From the human T2T-CHM13v2.0 reference genome, Homo sapiens, in the NCBI RefSeq assembly GCF_009914755.1, contig NC_060926.1: a stretch of DNA of 64,000 bases. The stretch is one strand, 5' to 3'. The translations under genes and the position numbers were made by a program. Numbering within the stretch: the stretch's first letter is position 1; each line of letters starts with the position of its first letter. Below are positions 43,381-56,797 of this stretch, one piece after another. Below the pieces are notes generated by a model. It ran no database searches, had not been told where the DNA came from, and saw only the letters and a program-made list of their open reading frames with translations.

Positions 43381-44504
43381 TTAAACACTCAGGTGGGAGG
43401 GGGAAAAGAGGAAAAAAAACCATTTTTTCCTTTGTACTTTTCTTTGTCATTTGACTTCTTGCCAAAATATAATCTTATCTTGCCTCTGTAGTTTGACAGA
43501 AAAACAAAACAATCAGCATATTTTTAAATTTGTGATTTATTATCTTAGGTCCCACAGAAATTGTGGTGGGTAGGGAAGAAAAAATCTTCATCTCTCACAA
43601 TCATTCAATAATCAACCCACTATAAAATTTGTCTCCACTCGAACATTTCCATCCCTTCTTGTTCCCATGAACACTGGCATCTATGCCCAATCATGGACGG
43701 TTAATTTCTGGCTAAACTGTGGGATATTGGAAACATTTAGTGTAAATAAAATGAAAATCTATTTCAAAGTGATATTACAAATCTCACAAAGCTGTGAAGT
43801 GATGTTTCAGGAATTACTGAAAAAGCCTTTGACTAAAGACAAATTCAAGAAGGCTTATATATAATACAATAGGTTCTTCAAGAGAGAATATTTTGAATAC
43901 CAAAATACTTAGAGTTAACTTTGGGAAAACTGATGAAGTATGAAGTTTGCAAATATTTTTGGAAAATCAGCACTTTTTGGTCATTTCAGGCAAATCAAAT
44001 GTGAAGTGAAAGATGTCAAGTCAGGCTCTCTTATGTTGTTGGGGTTTTTTCTGGTGCTTACAAAAGCCAACACAATTCATTCTTTGTTCATTCCAAAAAT
44101 TATGGCATAGTTGACATATAACTCCATTTTCTTAAATATCAGATGGTATGAATTTATTTTAATAACTGTTAATATTCGAAGCTTTTTCTGTATTTATGAT
44201 AAAATTTGTTTTCACTATAAATATATTCAATGTAATAAAGTGTTCTTGTACAAATTATCCCATTATTACACTTAGCAACATTCCCAGAAAGTTTAGCAAC
44301 CTTCCCAGAAACCATGTGAAAACCATTTTTTCCTTCTTCTTACAATAGAATAAAATGTAAAAAGGAATGAAGAGAGAAGGCATTGAGAAATAATTTAACT
44401 GCTTCCTAGTCCCTCCCAACTAGGCCTTTCTCACATTGCTTTATTACCAGTTTTTAGTTGAGTTCTGAAGACAATGGGCAAAAAAACCTGTAATACCATA
44501 TCAG

Positions 44505-44745
44505 GAGCATAGGTCCTGGAGCCAGCTTGCCTTCATTCATGTCCCACCTTTACTATTTACTGACTGTGTAGTGTTGGGCAAGTTAACCATTCCCTATGCA
44601 TCCTTATCTATAAAATGCAGACGATATTAATTGCGCTTGCTCCTTATGACGTTATTACAAGGATTAAGTGAGTTAAAATATGTAAAGTTATTAAATCAGT
44701 GCCTGGTATGTAGTAATAAGTTTCCAATAAATTTAGCTGCTGTTT
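44505..44745 (+). mobile_element. MIR
   Basis: ttgggcaagttaa..ctataaaatg..aggattaagtgagttaa..cagtgcctggtatgtagt. Confidence 0.6.
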
Positions 44746-45561
44746 TTATTCATATATTCATGTTCAAATGCCAAGTATAAAAGCACGTACCTTCAATTGT
44801 GTAGTATCATTAATTATCTTCGGTTGCCTTTGAGTGGTTTCATTGGAACAGATAAATAAGAGTTAACTGTAATAGTTGCTCAGGAGTTTTATCATATTTT
44901 GTTTACCAAGTAGAAAAATTAACACTAAACAATATTACACTTCCAATTATTTAATTTGGTTATAACAATAGATGATAACTTGATCTTGAAAATAAAGATT
45001 ATACTCTAAAAAAAGGTTATAAATAAATATTTTTCTATTCCAACAATAGCATCCCTATTATTTTTCAATCTGTTGTTTTTCTAATATAAAACAATTTAGT
45101 TTTATATTAGAAAAAATGTAATTCCAAAGAACAGTGGAAATATCTGACAAAATGATATTATCTTACTCTTTCTGTACTAAGAGAAGACAGTAAAATCTTA
45201 GTGATACACATGATCCTTTGCTATTAAGTATAAAAATACCATGTAATGGAAGGATGAGGTCAGAAAAAAAAGTATGGAAACACTGGAATTCAACTGTTTA
45301 CCAGGTGTACAATAAAAATGGCAAATATGTTTGCACCTGTGTGGACAAATCTATTCCTTCTGTCTTTTTCCATCCCTTCTACTTATTGTTTTATTCAAAT
45401 ACATTAATTATGGCAACACCAAAGCTGTAAGTTGCTTTTAAAATCTAGGTTTTATTTTCCTAGATGTCATATTGGTATACCAAATCTATTCAACTGTACC
45501 TGAAAATGTTTTGATTGATTATTTTAAAACATACCCTAATAACTTGTTTCAGAGGCTCTAG

Positions 45562-45873
<312 letters not shown>

Positions 45874-45989
45874 GGAATTTTTTTTCATATATGCTTTATT
45901 TCTCCCACCAACCTGTCTTTTTTCCAAATTCCCAGGGCTACGAGTATAACATTCTGACTGGTTAGAAAATAAAACTATTCACCCATACA

Positions 45990-46680
45990 TTTGGCAAATA
46001 CTTAATAGTGACCTATGTGCCAGACAAAACAGTCATAATCTCTGCCCTCATTGAGGTAAGTTAAGTAAATATAAATAAATACATAGTTACAAACTGCTAC
46101 AAATGAGAAGGAACATTTTCTAATTAAATTCAGAAGGTCAGGAAAGGCCTCTCTCAATATGAGGAAGCTATTGCAATAGTTTATGCAAGAGATGGTGAAT
46201 TGGCCTTGGATGGTGCCTAGGTAATGGAGAGAAGACAGCAGGTTTGGGTTTTATTTTACAAGTAAAATAATAGGACTCTGACAGTTTGAAAAAGAGGGAT
46301 GAGAAAGAGGGAGGAACTAAAGATGACTCAAAGGTTATGACATGTACAACTTTTTGGATGGAGGCACCATTTACTGAACTGGGGAAAATTAAAAAAGAAG
46401 TAGATTTTCAAGGGGATTACATAGAGTTCAATTTGGGATATGTGTACTGTAAGATGTTTGTAAGGCATTTATATTGAAAGGTCAAACGAAGATTTAGATA
46501 TAACAGGCCTGAATCTCAGAAGAAAGGCATGTGCAAGATCAAGTTGAGCTGCTGGGATTTAAACAGATTAAAAGCCACAGAAGTAGATGAAGTTGCCTAA
46601 GACCAGAGTGTGAGTTAAGAAGAGAGGAATGCTTACAACTAATTCTCAATTACTTTCAACATTTAGAGATTGGATAGGGA
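45990..46680 (-). mobile_element. L2 fragment
   Basis: ggaagctattgcaatagtt..gatgactcaaaggtt..gagttcaatttgggatatg. Confidence 0.55.
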
Positions 46681-47934
46681 TGGTCAAAAATGTCTAATTT
46701 GACTAAGAAATCAAATAAAACATGATGAATTAAGAGTTATTATTCCCATTTTCCAAAGGAGAAAACCTAGGTTTAAAGAGGTTAAGCAACTTACCCAAGT
46801 TGACACAGCAAGTAAGTCATCCAGACACTAGATGCAAACCTAGGTATGTGTGGTACCAAAACTTTATTCATTTCCTGTGCCAAATTGTCAGACATACTAC
46901 TACTCTGAAATTACTGCTTTTCCATCTGCTAATTTAGGGCTATATCTAACATGTTCCTCTATCAATGTAGACATTTATCTGTTCCCTAAAATATGCTCAC
47001 ACTATGAGTTTAGTCACCAATAAGAATACATCAGTAGAATGCATAATTGTATGCCCTATATTTGCAAATAAAAAATAAATAATTTTTCCTGGAGAAAATA
47101 AAAGGCTTAGCCTCATACTCCCTTGCAGTGTGGAATTAAATAAGTCATTAATTTCTTTGAGCTATAGAATCCTCATCTATAAAACAAGCAAAAGAATACC
47201 CATCTCACAGGATTGCTGAAGATTAAATGGAATGACACATATTAAAATGCTTGTAAACTGAAAAGTGTTTTACAAGTAGCCATTTTTATTATTATTATTA
47301 TTTTCATTTCCAGGGTCATTATATGCTGCTTCTACCAAAAACACTGAAGTTTTCTAATCCCACAATTCATCTCTCTAAAACAGCATTATAACATGATATA
47401 AATACAAAAGAGTTTACTTACAGTTAAAGAAGGTACATTAGGTTCAATATATAAAACGAAATGAGCGATCATTAAAACTAAAATAATTTCTAAATAAAAT
47501 GCTTTCACCTAAACAACTTTTTAAACTTTTCTGTGACATTTCTCATTTTTTATCCCTTAAAATAAATAATTTTCACATAATTATAATAGTTTTAATCAAC
47601 ATTATTTTATATCTCTATACCATTCCACATGTCTAGCTATCTTATGTTTATTATAATGAATGTACAGTGTTTCACAGAAATAAAACCATAAATTGTTAAT
47701 AAGTACTGACCTATAATTGAAAATTTAAAGTATTTTCAGATTTTTGCATTTAAAATTAATTCTGCTATGAACATTTCCTGGCACATAGCTTTTTGTTTCA
47801 CTTTTAAATTATATTCCAAATATTGGTATGCCAGCAATGTTTAACAACTGCCATCTTTGAGGTCGAGGAGAGGAGGAACAGGAGAAGCCCCAATTTGTCC
47901 CATTTGCCAGCTTATGTAGTGTACATACTACAAC

Positions 47935-48452
47935 TGAGAGGTGAAGCAGCTGGACTTCCTGGGTCGAGTGGGGACTTGGAGAACTTTTCTGTATAGCTAG
48001 AGGATTGTAAAATGCACCAATCAGCACTCTGTATCTAGCTGGAGGATTGTAAATGCACCAATCAGCACTCTGTAAAAACACACCAATCAGCGCTCTGTGT
48101 CTAGCTAAAGGATTATAAACACACCAATCAGCCCTCTGTAAAATGGACCAATCAGTGCTCTGTAAAATGGACCAATCAGTGCTCTGTAAAATGGACCAAT
48201 TAGCAGGACATGGGCTGGGACAAATAAGGGAATAAAAGCTGGCCACTCCAGCCAGCAGTGGCAACTGGCTTGGGTCCCCTTCCATGCTGTGGAAGCTTTG
48301 TTCTTTTGCTCTTCACAATAAATCTTGCTGTTGCTCATTCGTTGGGTCCGTGCCAACTCTAAGAGCTGTAACACTCACTGCAAAGGTCTATGGCTTCATT
48401 CTTGAAGTCAGCAAGACCAAGAACCCACCAGAAGTAACCAACTCCAGACACA
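47935..48452 (+). mobile_element. Solo ERV9-family LTR (LTR12F-like)
   Basis: TGAGAGGTGAAGC.. start and ..CTCCAGACACA end, tandem CACCAATCAGCACTCTGT units (7 CCAAT boxes), near-TSD CAAC/TAAC. Confidence 0.9.
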
Positions 48453-48509
48453 TAACCATAGCCAATTTCAAGCTCCAATGGGCATTCAAATACTTAAATC
48501 AAAATCAAG

Positions 48510-48950
48510 GCAAGAGTACCTGGAAGAAATTATGTTAAGTGAAATAAGCCAAGCATGAAAACACAAACATCTCATGATCTGACTTACACATAGAATCTAA
48601 AAAAGTCAAACTCATAGAAGCTGAGAGTAGCATGGTAGTTATCAGAGGATAAGGGACATGGGGAGGATTTGGGGAGATGTTGGTCAGAGGATACAAAATT
48701 TCAGTTAGACAGGAGAAATAAGTTCAAGAGATCTATTGCACAATATGAAACTATAGTTAATAACAATGTACTGTATACTTCATGTATGCAAAGAGAGTAG
48801 ATTTTAAGTGTCCTCACCACATAAAAATAAATGTGAGATAATGGATATGTTAATCAATGTGATTTAGCCATTCCACAATATATACATATATCAAAACATC
48901 ACATTGTACTCTACAAATATATACCATTCTTATTTTTCAAATAAATAAAT
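48510..48950 (+). mobile_element. L1MA 3' end
   Basis: tatgttaagtgaaataagcca..ggatacaaaatttcagttagacaggagaaataagttcaagagatctattg.. Confidence 0.8.
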
Positions 48951-49164
48951 AGAAATCAAACCAAGAGCAATATTGATCACAAAGCGAAATTTAACAAGTA
49001 GCAACAATCTTACAAGATAAATACGAGCCAAAAACTTCCCATGCCCTTTGACCCTTTAACTCTATCTATTCTATTATTATTCTAGTAAAAATGTAGCCTT
49101 AGGGTCAGCGGCAGCTGGAGCCTTCTGAAACCGGCTAATTGTTAAATTGTATATGCTGGAACCA

Positions 49165-50176
49165 CACAAATAAGCCCACATAATAACCAGCTAACAGCAC
49201 AATGACAGGATCCACACATACCAATACTCACCTTGAATGTAAGTGGGCTAAATGCCACAGTTAGAAGGCACAGAGTGGCAAGCTGGATAAAAAACCAAGA
49301 CCCAATGGTATGCTATCTTCAAGAGCCCCATCTGAGATGTAATGACACTCATAGCCTCAAAATAAAGGAATGGAGGAAAATCTACCAAGCAAATGGAAAA
49401 CAGAAAAAAGCAGCAGTTGCAATCCTAACTTCAGACAAGACATATTTCAAACCAACAAAGTTCAAAAAAGACAAGGAAGGGCATTACAGAATGATAAACG
49501 TTTCAATTAAACAAAAAGACCTAACTATCCTAAATATATGCACCCAACACAGGAGCACCCAGATTCATGAAGCAAGTTCTTGGAGACCTAGCAAGAGACA
49601 CAGACTCCCACACAATAATAATGGGAAATTTTAACACCCTACTGACAATATTAGACAGATCATCAAGGCAGAAAATTAACAAAGATATTCAGGACTTAAA
49701 CTCAGCATTGGACCAAATGGATCTAATGGACCTTTACAGAACTCTCCACCCAAAACCAACAGAATATACATTTTTCTCATCCTCACGTGGCACATACTCT
49801 AAAATTGACCACATAATTGGACAAAAAACAAATGTCATCAAATGTAAAAGAACTGAAATTATACCAAACACACTCTTAGACCATAGCACAATAAAAATAG
49901 GAGTCAAGATTATGAAAATCACTCAAAACCATGCAAGTACATGGAAATTAAACAACATGCTCCTGAATGACTTTTGGGTAAATAATGAAATTAAGGCAGA
50001 AATCAAGAAGTTCTTTGGAAATGACAAGAACAAAGATACAACATACCAGATTCTCTGGGACACAGATAAGGCAATGTTAACAGGGAAATTCATAACACTA
50101 AATGCCCAAATCAAAAAGTTAGAAAGATCTCTAATAACCTAACATCACAACTGAAAGAATCAAAGCAGCAAGAACA
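49165..50176 (+). mobile_element. L1 (L1PA/L1PB-type) ORF2 endonuclease region, 5' part, frameshifted
   Basis: ORFs 49233..49634 and 49567..50142 give [73 protein letters not shown]. Confidence 0.93.
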
Positions 50177-51783
50177 GCTCCCTCCCCGTCCCCCTCTCCC
50201 TCTCCCCACAGTCTCCCTCTCCCTCTCCCTCTCTCTCCACAGTCTCCCTCTGATGCCCAGCGGAGGCTGGACTGTAGTGCCGCCATCTCGGCTCACTGCA
50301 ACCTCCCTGCCTGATTCTCCTGCTTCAACCTGCCGAGTGCCTGTGATTGCAGGCGCACGCCACCAGGCCTGACTGGTTTTGGTATTTTTTTGGTGGAGAC
50401 GGGGTTTCACCCTGTTGGCCGGGCTGGTCTCCAGCTCCTAACCGCGAGTGATCTGCTAGCCTCAGCCTCCCGAGGTGCCAGGATTGCAGACGGAGTCTCA
50501 CTCACTCAGAGCTCAATGTTGCCCAGGCTGGAGTGCAGTGGCGTGATCTCGCCTCGCTACAACCTCCACCTCCCAGCCGCCTGCCTTGGCCTCCCAAAGT
50601 GCCCAGACTGCAGCCTCTGCCCAGCCGCCACCCCGTCTGGGAAGCGAGGAGCGTCTCTCCTTGGCCGCCCATCGTCTGGGATGTGAGGAGCCCCTCTGCC
50701 CGGCCGCCCAGTCTGGGAAGTGAGGAGCGCCTCTTCCCAGCCGCCATCCTGTCTAGGAAGTGAGGAGCGTCTCTGCCCGGCCGCCCATCCTCTGAGATGA
50801 GAGGCCCATCGTCTGAGAGGCGCTCCCCAGCGCCTCTGCCCCGCTGCTCATCGTCTGAGATGTGGGGAGCGCCTCTGCCCCGCTGCCCCATCTGGGATGT
50901 GAGGAGCCCCTCCACCCGGCAGCTGCCCCGTCTGGGAAGAGAGGAGCATCTCCGCCAGGCAGCCGCCCCGTCCAAGAGGTGGGGGACAGCCCCCGACCGG
51001 CCAGCCGCCCTGTCCGGGAGAGAGGTGGGGGGCAGCCCCCGCCCAGCCAGCCACCCCGTCCGGGAGGGAGGTGGGGGGCAGCCCCCGCCCGGTCAGCCGC
51101 CCCGTCCGGGAGGGAGGTGGGGGGCAGCCCCCGCCCGGCAGCTGCCCCGTCCGGGAGGTGGGGGGCGCCTCTGCCCGGCCGCCCTGTCTGGGAGGTGGGG
51201 GGGCCCCTCTGCCCGGCCGCCACCCCGTCTGGGAGGTGTACCCAGCAGCTCATTGAGAACGGGCCATGATGACGATGGCGGTTTTGTCAAGTGGAAGAGG
51301 GGGAAGTGTGGGGAAAGGAAAGAGAAATCAGATTGTTGCTGTGTCTGTGTAGAAAGAAGTAGACATGGGAGACTCCATTTTGTTCTGTACTAAGAAAAAT
51401 TCTTCTGCCTTGGGATGCTGTTAATCTATGGCCTTACCCCCAACCCCTTGCTCTCTGAAACATGTGCTGTGTCCACTCAGGGCTAAATGGATTAAGGGCG
51501 GTGCAAGATGTGCTTTGTTAAACAGATGCTTGAAGGCAGCATACTCGTTAAGAGTCATCACCACCACTCCCTAATCTCAAGTACCCAGGGACACAAACAC
51601 TGCGGAAGGCCGCCGGGTCCTCTGCCTAGGAAAACCAGAGACCCTTGTTCACATGATTATCTGCTGACCTTCCCTCCACTATTGTCCTATGACCCTGCCA
51701 AATCCCCCTCTCCAAGAAACACCCAAGAATGATCAATAAATACCAAAAAAAAAAAAAACAAACAAACAAAAAAAACAAAACGA
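50177..51783 (+). mobile_element. SVA retrotransposon (older, SVA_A/B/C-like), all parts present
   Basis: CCCTCT hexamers from ~50180, antisense Alu-like region ~50250-50620, GC-rich VNTR ~50620-51240, SINE-R ~51250-51740, AATAAA and A-tail. TSD core AGCAAGAACA at 50167-50176 and 51784-51793. Confidence 0.95.
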
Positions 51784-52040
51784 AGCAAGAACAAATCAAC
51801 TGCAAAGCTAGCAGAAGATGAGAAATAACAAAAATCAGAGCTGAACTAAAGGAAATCAAAACATGAAAAACCACTTAAAAGATCAACAAAATCCAGGAGC
51901 TGGTTTATTGAAAAAATAATAAAATAGATAGGCCACTAGCTAGACTAATAGAGAAGAAAAAAGAGATGATCCAAATAAAACACAATTGTAAATGATGAAG
52001 GGAATGTTACCACTGACCCCACAGAAATAAAAACAACCAC
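51784..52040 (+). mobile_element. Continuation of the same L1 ORF2 after the SVA insertion
   Basis: agcaagaacaaatcaac..aaagctagcagaag..gaaataacaaaaatcagagctgaactaaaggaaat resumes L1 ORF2 where it was interrupted. Confidence 0.9.
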
Positions 52041-52044
52041 TTCA

Positions 52045-52475
52045 ACATTCGGTCAAGTTGTATTTCTTTTGATGATATCATATCTTTGCAACGTTATACT
52101 TTTGGTGGTTGCTAGGATAAAGTACAAATACCTTGTGAAAATCAGTGAGGAACAGAAAATGAAAGTTATGATGTCCAATCTGATTCCAAGGTTTGAGAAG
52201 TTATATAGTGCCTAACAGGCATACATATCCCATTAGCAATCGTGTTAATTTAAGAATAAAATAAAAACATTATATTCTATTTCAATTTATGTATTTTTTT
52301 AATGGCTACTAAGTTGTTAGAACACAAATACTAAGTTGTTTAGATTTAACTACTTACTAAAATGACTTATTTGGGTTTTTTGTTTGTTTTTTGTTTTTGT
52401 TTTTGGCTTCAGAGACCATGAAAAATTATGGGGACAATAAGAATGCTGTGAACTGAAAAGTTTAGGAGTCTCTAG
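52045..52475 (+). mobile_element. Charlie-type hAT transposon 3' fragment
   Basis: tccaatctgattccaaggtttgagaagtt..gctactaagttgttag..ctgtgaactgaaaagttt. Confidence 0.55.
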
Positions 52476-52987
52476 CTTAGGCATCAAACTCATCAAGAAG
52501 GAATAATGGGACTCTAGATGCTAAGCACCAGAAAGTACAGCCATAAAAAAGTTAAAAACAAATATTGTATTGAAAATATGAAAAGGAACTAAAGAGCAGA
52601 ATTACCACATGGGACAAATAAAAATATGTAACCATGTATTTAGCACTACTTGTAACACTAAAAGAATGGAGACAACTCAAATGTCCAGAAATAGAAAGGT
52701 GTTTGAATAAACAATGATAGAATACATGATATAATACCATGCAGCTGTCAAAGGGATGAAGAATATTACTATACACTACTGTGGAATGATCTCCAGTATA
52801 TAATATCTGATAAGAAAGTCAAAGTGGCAGAAAATATGTATAGTATGTCATTTGTCTAAACAAAAGGGTATTATATGAATATATATTTAAAAAGCATTTG
52901 CTTATAAGTAAAAATACAAGATAATATAAGTGATACATTGTAATTATAAATAATTATAATTAAATAAACAGTAATAAATAAATACAT

Positions 52988-53280
52988 GGCCAGGCACAGT
53001 GGCTGACGCCTGTAATCTCAGCACTTTGGGAGGCCAAGGCAGGCAGATTACTTGAGGTCAGGAGTTCAAGACCAGCCTGGCCAGCATGGTGAAACCTCAT
53101 CTCTACTAAAATACAAAAATTAGCTGGGCATGGTGGCCTGTGCCTGTAATCCCAGCTACTCAGGAGGCTGAGGCAGGAGAATCACTTAAACCCGGGAGGC
53201 AGAGGTTGCGGTGAGCAGAGATAGCGCCGCTGCACTACAGCCTGGGCAACAGAGTGAGACTCTGTCTCAAAAATAAAATA
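52988..53280 (+). mobile_element. AluS
   Basis: Full Alu; TSD-like AATAAATACAT. Confidence 0.9.
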
Positions 53281-53754
53281 ATACATTTAAAATGATTACT
53301 AGACATCAAGTTTTTACTTAAGGTATAAAAAGCCAGAAAAAAAAATCAGTCTCCCACTTTCAAAAACACACACAAAAAAATGGATGATCTGCAAAATCAC
53401 AGCTTTTCTTGAACACATCAAAAAACTGAGTTTATGCCTTTGATCCCTTATCGCCAACATATGCCACCAGATGTCAAACAACTCAGAAAGAAAAATTCAG
53501 CTAAAGTTTTTAATGAATGCTAAAAGTCAGAGGTAAGCTTGTGTGAGAGTACAGAAGCCCTGGGAGCCACAGATACAAGGGGAATTTGCAACCATATTTA
53601 TAAATTATATAAAATTACACATAATTTATATAAATATTATAAATTTATATAAAAATTATTATAAATTTATATAAAATTATAAATATAATTATTATATGTA
53701 ATAATTATATAAAACCATATTTATATACTATATAAAATTGAAATAATTTTTTTA

Positions 53755-54520
53755 ATGCTCATCATCACTGGTCATTAGAGAAAAGCAAATCAAAACCACA
53801 ATGAGATACCATCTCATGCCAGTTAGAATGGAGAGCATTAAAAAGTCAGGAAACAACAGATGCTGAAGAGGATTTGGAGAAATAGGAATGCTTTTACACT
53901 GTTGGTGGGAGTGTAAATTAGTTCAACCATTGTGGAAGACAGTGTGGTGATTCCTCAAGGATCTAGAACTAGAAATACCATTTGACCCAGCAATCCCATT
54001 ACTGGGTATATACCCAATGGATTATAAATCATTCTACTATAAAGACACATGCACATGTATGTTTATTGCAGCACTATTCACAATAGCAAAGACTTGGAAC
54101 CAACCCAAATGTCCATCAATAATAGACTGGATAAAGAAAATGTGGCACATATACACCATGGAATGCTATGCAGCCACAAAAAAAGGATGAGTTCATGTCC
54201 TTTGCAGGGACATGGATGAAGCTGGAAACCATCATTCTCAGCAAACTATCACAAGATCAGAAAACCAAACACTGCATGTTCTCACTCATAAGCAGGAGTT
54301 GAACAATGAGAACACATGGACACAGGGAGGGGAACATCACACGCCAGGGCCTGTCTGAGGGTTGGCGATGGGGGAAGGATAACATTAGGATAAATACCTA
54401 ATGGAGGTGATGGGTTGATGGGTGCAGCAAACCACCATGGCACATGTATACCTATGTAACAAAACTGCACGTTCTGCACATGTACCCCAGAACTTAAAGT
54501 ATAAAAAAAAGAAAAAAGAA
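53755..54520 (+). mobile_element. L1PA 3' end (5'-truncated) with A-tail
   Basis: caaatcaaaaccacaatgagataccatctca...catggatgaagctggaaaccatcattctcagcaaact...cacatgtaccccagaacttaaagtataaaaaaa. Confidence 0.93.
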
Positions 54521-54654
54521 AAATAATAGTTTTTATAAACCATTGAACAAAGAAAACTTTAGGCACAGATAAATTCACTGGAAAATTCTATATAATATTA
54601 ATAGAAGAAATAACATTAATTCTACAAAAACTCTTCCAAAACATAGAAAGGAAG

Positions 54655-54880
54655 TATTAAAATAATAAATCGGAAGGCCATTACACTGAAGCAGCTCTAG
54701 AGCTGAGTGCCTACCTAAACAAACCAAAAGCTAAAAGGTTATATTCTAGGTAAACAGAACTTAGCTTAACCAATCAGAAACCAACAACTAACCTCTAACT
54801 AGGGATTTTCCAATGGAATGATCCAAATAAGGCTACTGGTCCACTTTAACCAATCAAATATTTTCTTTGCCTTGCATCCA
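54655..54880 (+). mobile_element. ERV1-type LTR fragment (MER31/MER39-like)
   Basis: aggccattacactga..., ttaaccaatcagaaacc..ctaacctctaactaggga motif. Confidence 0.5.
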
Positions 54881-56446
54881 TATTTGAATCTTTGGGAAAG
54901 AGGTGGACAGTGGCACTCATATGGAATAGTTCTAGAAGAAGCCAAGATAATTTCGATTAACCTTCTTTATAGCTGTCAGACTATGTGAAGATACAACAGG
55001 CATGGGCAGCATATAAAACATCTTTCATTGGTGACATTCACAAACCACACTGACCTCTAGATTGTAAAACAGAACTACCAACAATGAAATTTTCAAATCC
55101 AACTGGCAGGAGAGCAGTGGATTGGAAAGAAGACGAATATGCTTAGATGAGGCATGTGAGGCACCTGGGCAGAAAATTTAAAGAGCACTTACTGCAGGAC
55201 CTGAGAGTCAGTGCATCTTCAAATTTGCACCCTACCACACTCACCACATCCTGTTTCAGCCCTGCACAAGAGCTCCAAAGTGAAGTTGGCTGCAAGCGTC
55301 AGGGAGGCCTGATGTCCGCATTCCACAGCTTTGAAGCAAAGCTTGAGAACCAGCCTTATCTCAAGTAAAAAGGATTTACTAATCTCTAGACCAGTACTTG
55401 GAAACTCTGCCATTTCCCTTGAGAGACCAAGACCAGCCTGATGTGCTTTGTTACTAGGGCGACAAAGCATTCTCCCTGCGTTCTCCCTGCAAAGAGTTTA
55501 TGGTAAGGATCCAGTAGTTCCTTTCCCAGATCCTAGAGCCTTGTGGAAAACATCAGTCCAATATCTCAGGCCCTGTCACCTTCTGGCAGAATTATTGATA
55601 TAAATCACCTATTTAGACTGTGATATTACCTCTCCTTTGACTTCACCCCCTTGGTCCTACAGCCTACCTTACTTCCCCCTCTCCAACCCCCTCCCCCCAC
55701 CGGCAATTACCAGCACTGTCTACTTGCTGAGATTTCCCTTTGGTCTGCTAGTCTACGCCTCTTAGAAGAGTCTGTAGTTGAGTCTGTCTCCTTTCAAATG
55801 ACTTCCAGTCTGTCCTACCCATCAGAGTTAACAGAACCATCCAATCACTGTGACAACCAACAGTACCTCCAAACATTTTTTCAAGCATCAGCTAGGGAAA
55901 CCCCTAGCTCTGTTGAGAATCACTGGAAGAGAAGACATAGTTTCCAGTTGTATGGTGGGCTGCAGATGGGCAGTCCTGAGCCAGTTAGGCATGACACATG
56001 GTACTAGCTAACCCCAAAGCTGACTTCAAGCAATGCAGAAGTTAGAGCAGCTGAAGGAGGAAATAGAAGCAAATAGATAAATATTTTTTAAATAAGACAA
56101 AGTGTGAAAGCACTTTTAAGACAGTTTAGCACCATACTAAAATTATTATCACCACTTTGTTTAGTACTATTTTGTTTAGTACTATGTTGTCTTGGGCAGC
56201 CCTTGTGAATAAACAAAAACATCAGAACCTGGCAGAGCCGTAAGCAACAGCCCACTTCCCAAAACGGGGTGAACAGCTGTAGACCAATCAGCGGTGTTGG
56301 GTGTTTCCGGCTACTCGATGTGGACATGATTGTGAGTCAGAACCAATTCAAACTTTAACCAGAGCTCCCACTCTGCCAGACACTATAATAGAAGGTGGGG
56401 TACAAAGAAGACCAATAGGCTAGGATGCTCAGTCTCATCAGCTTTA

Positions 56447-56797
<351 letters not shown>

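Noticed and set aside
43590-43900. ~90-codon stop-free plus-strand stretch (..RTFPSLLVPMNTGIYAQSW..)
   Set aside because: No recognisable homology, and this length is expected a few times by chance in 64 kb; a BLASTx search would settle it
48000-48205. Regular direct repeats resembling a CRISPR array
   Set aside because: Tandem CCAAT units of LTR12 with no unique spacers; eukaryotic context, no cas genes
49233-50142. Active L1 endonuclease gene
   Set aside because: Frameshifted, truncated at both ends, SVA-interrupted, with no 5'UTR, ORF1 or RT domain
50390-51393. Long GC-rich ORFs (up to 198 aa) and an apparent CpG island
   Set aside because: Derived from the SVA Alu-like and VNTR regions, which are stop-poor
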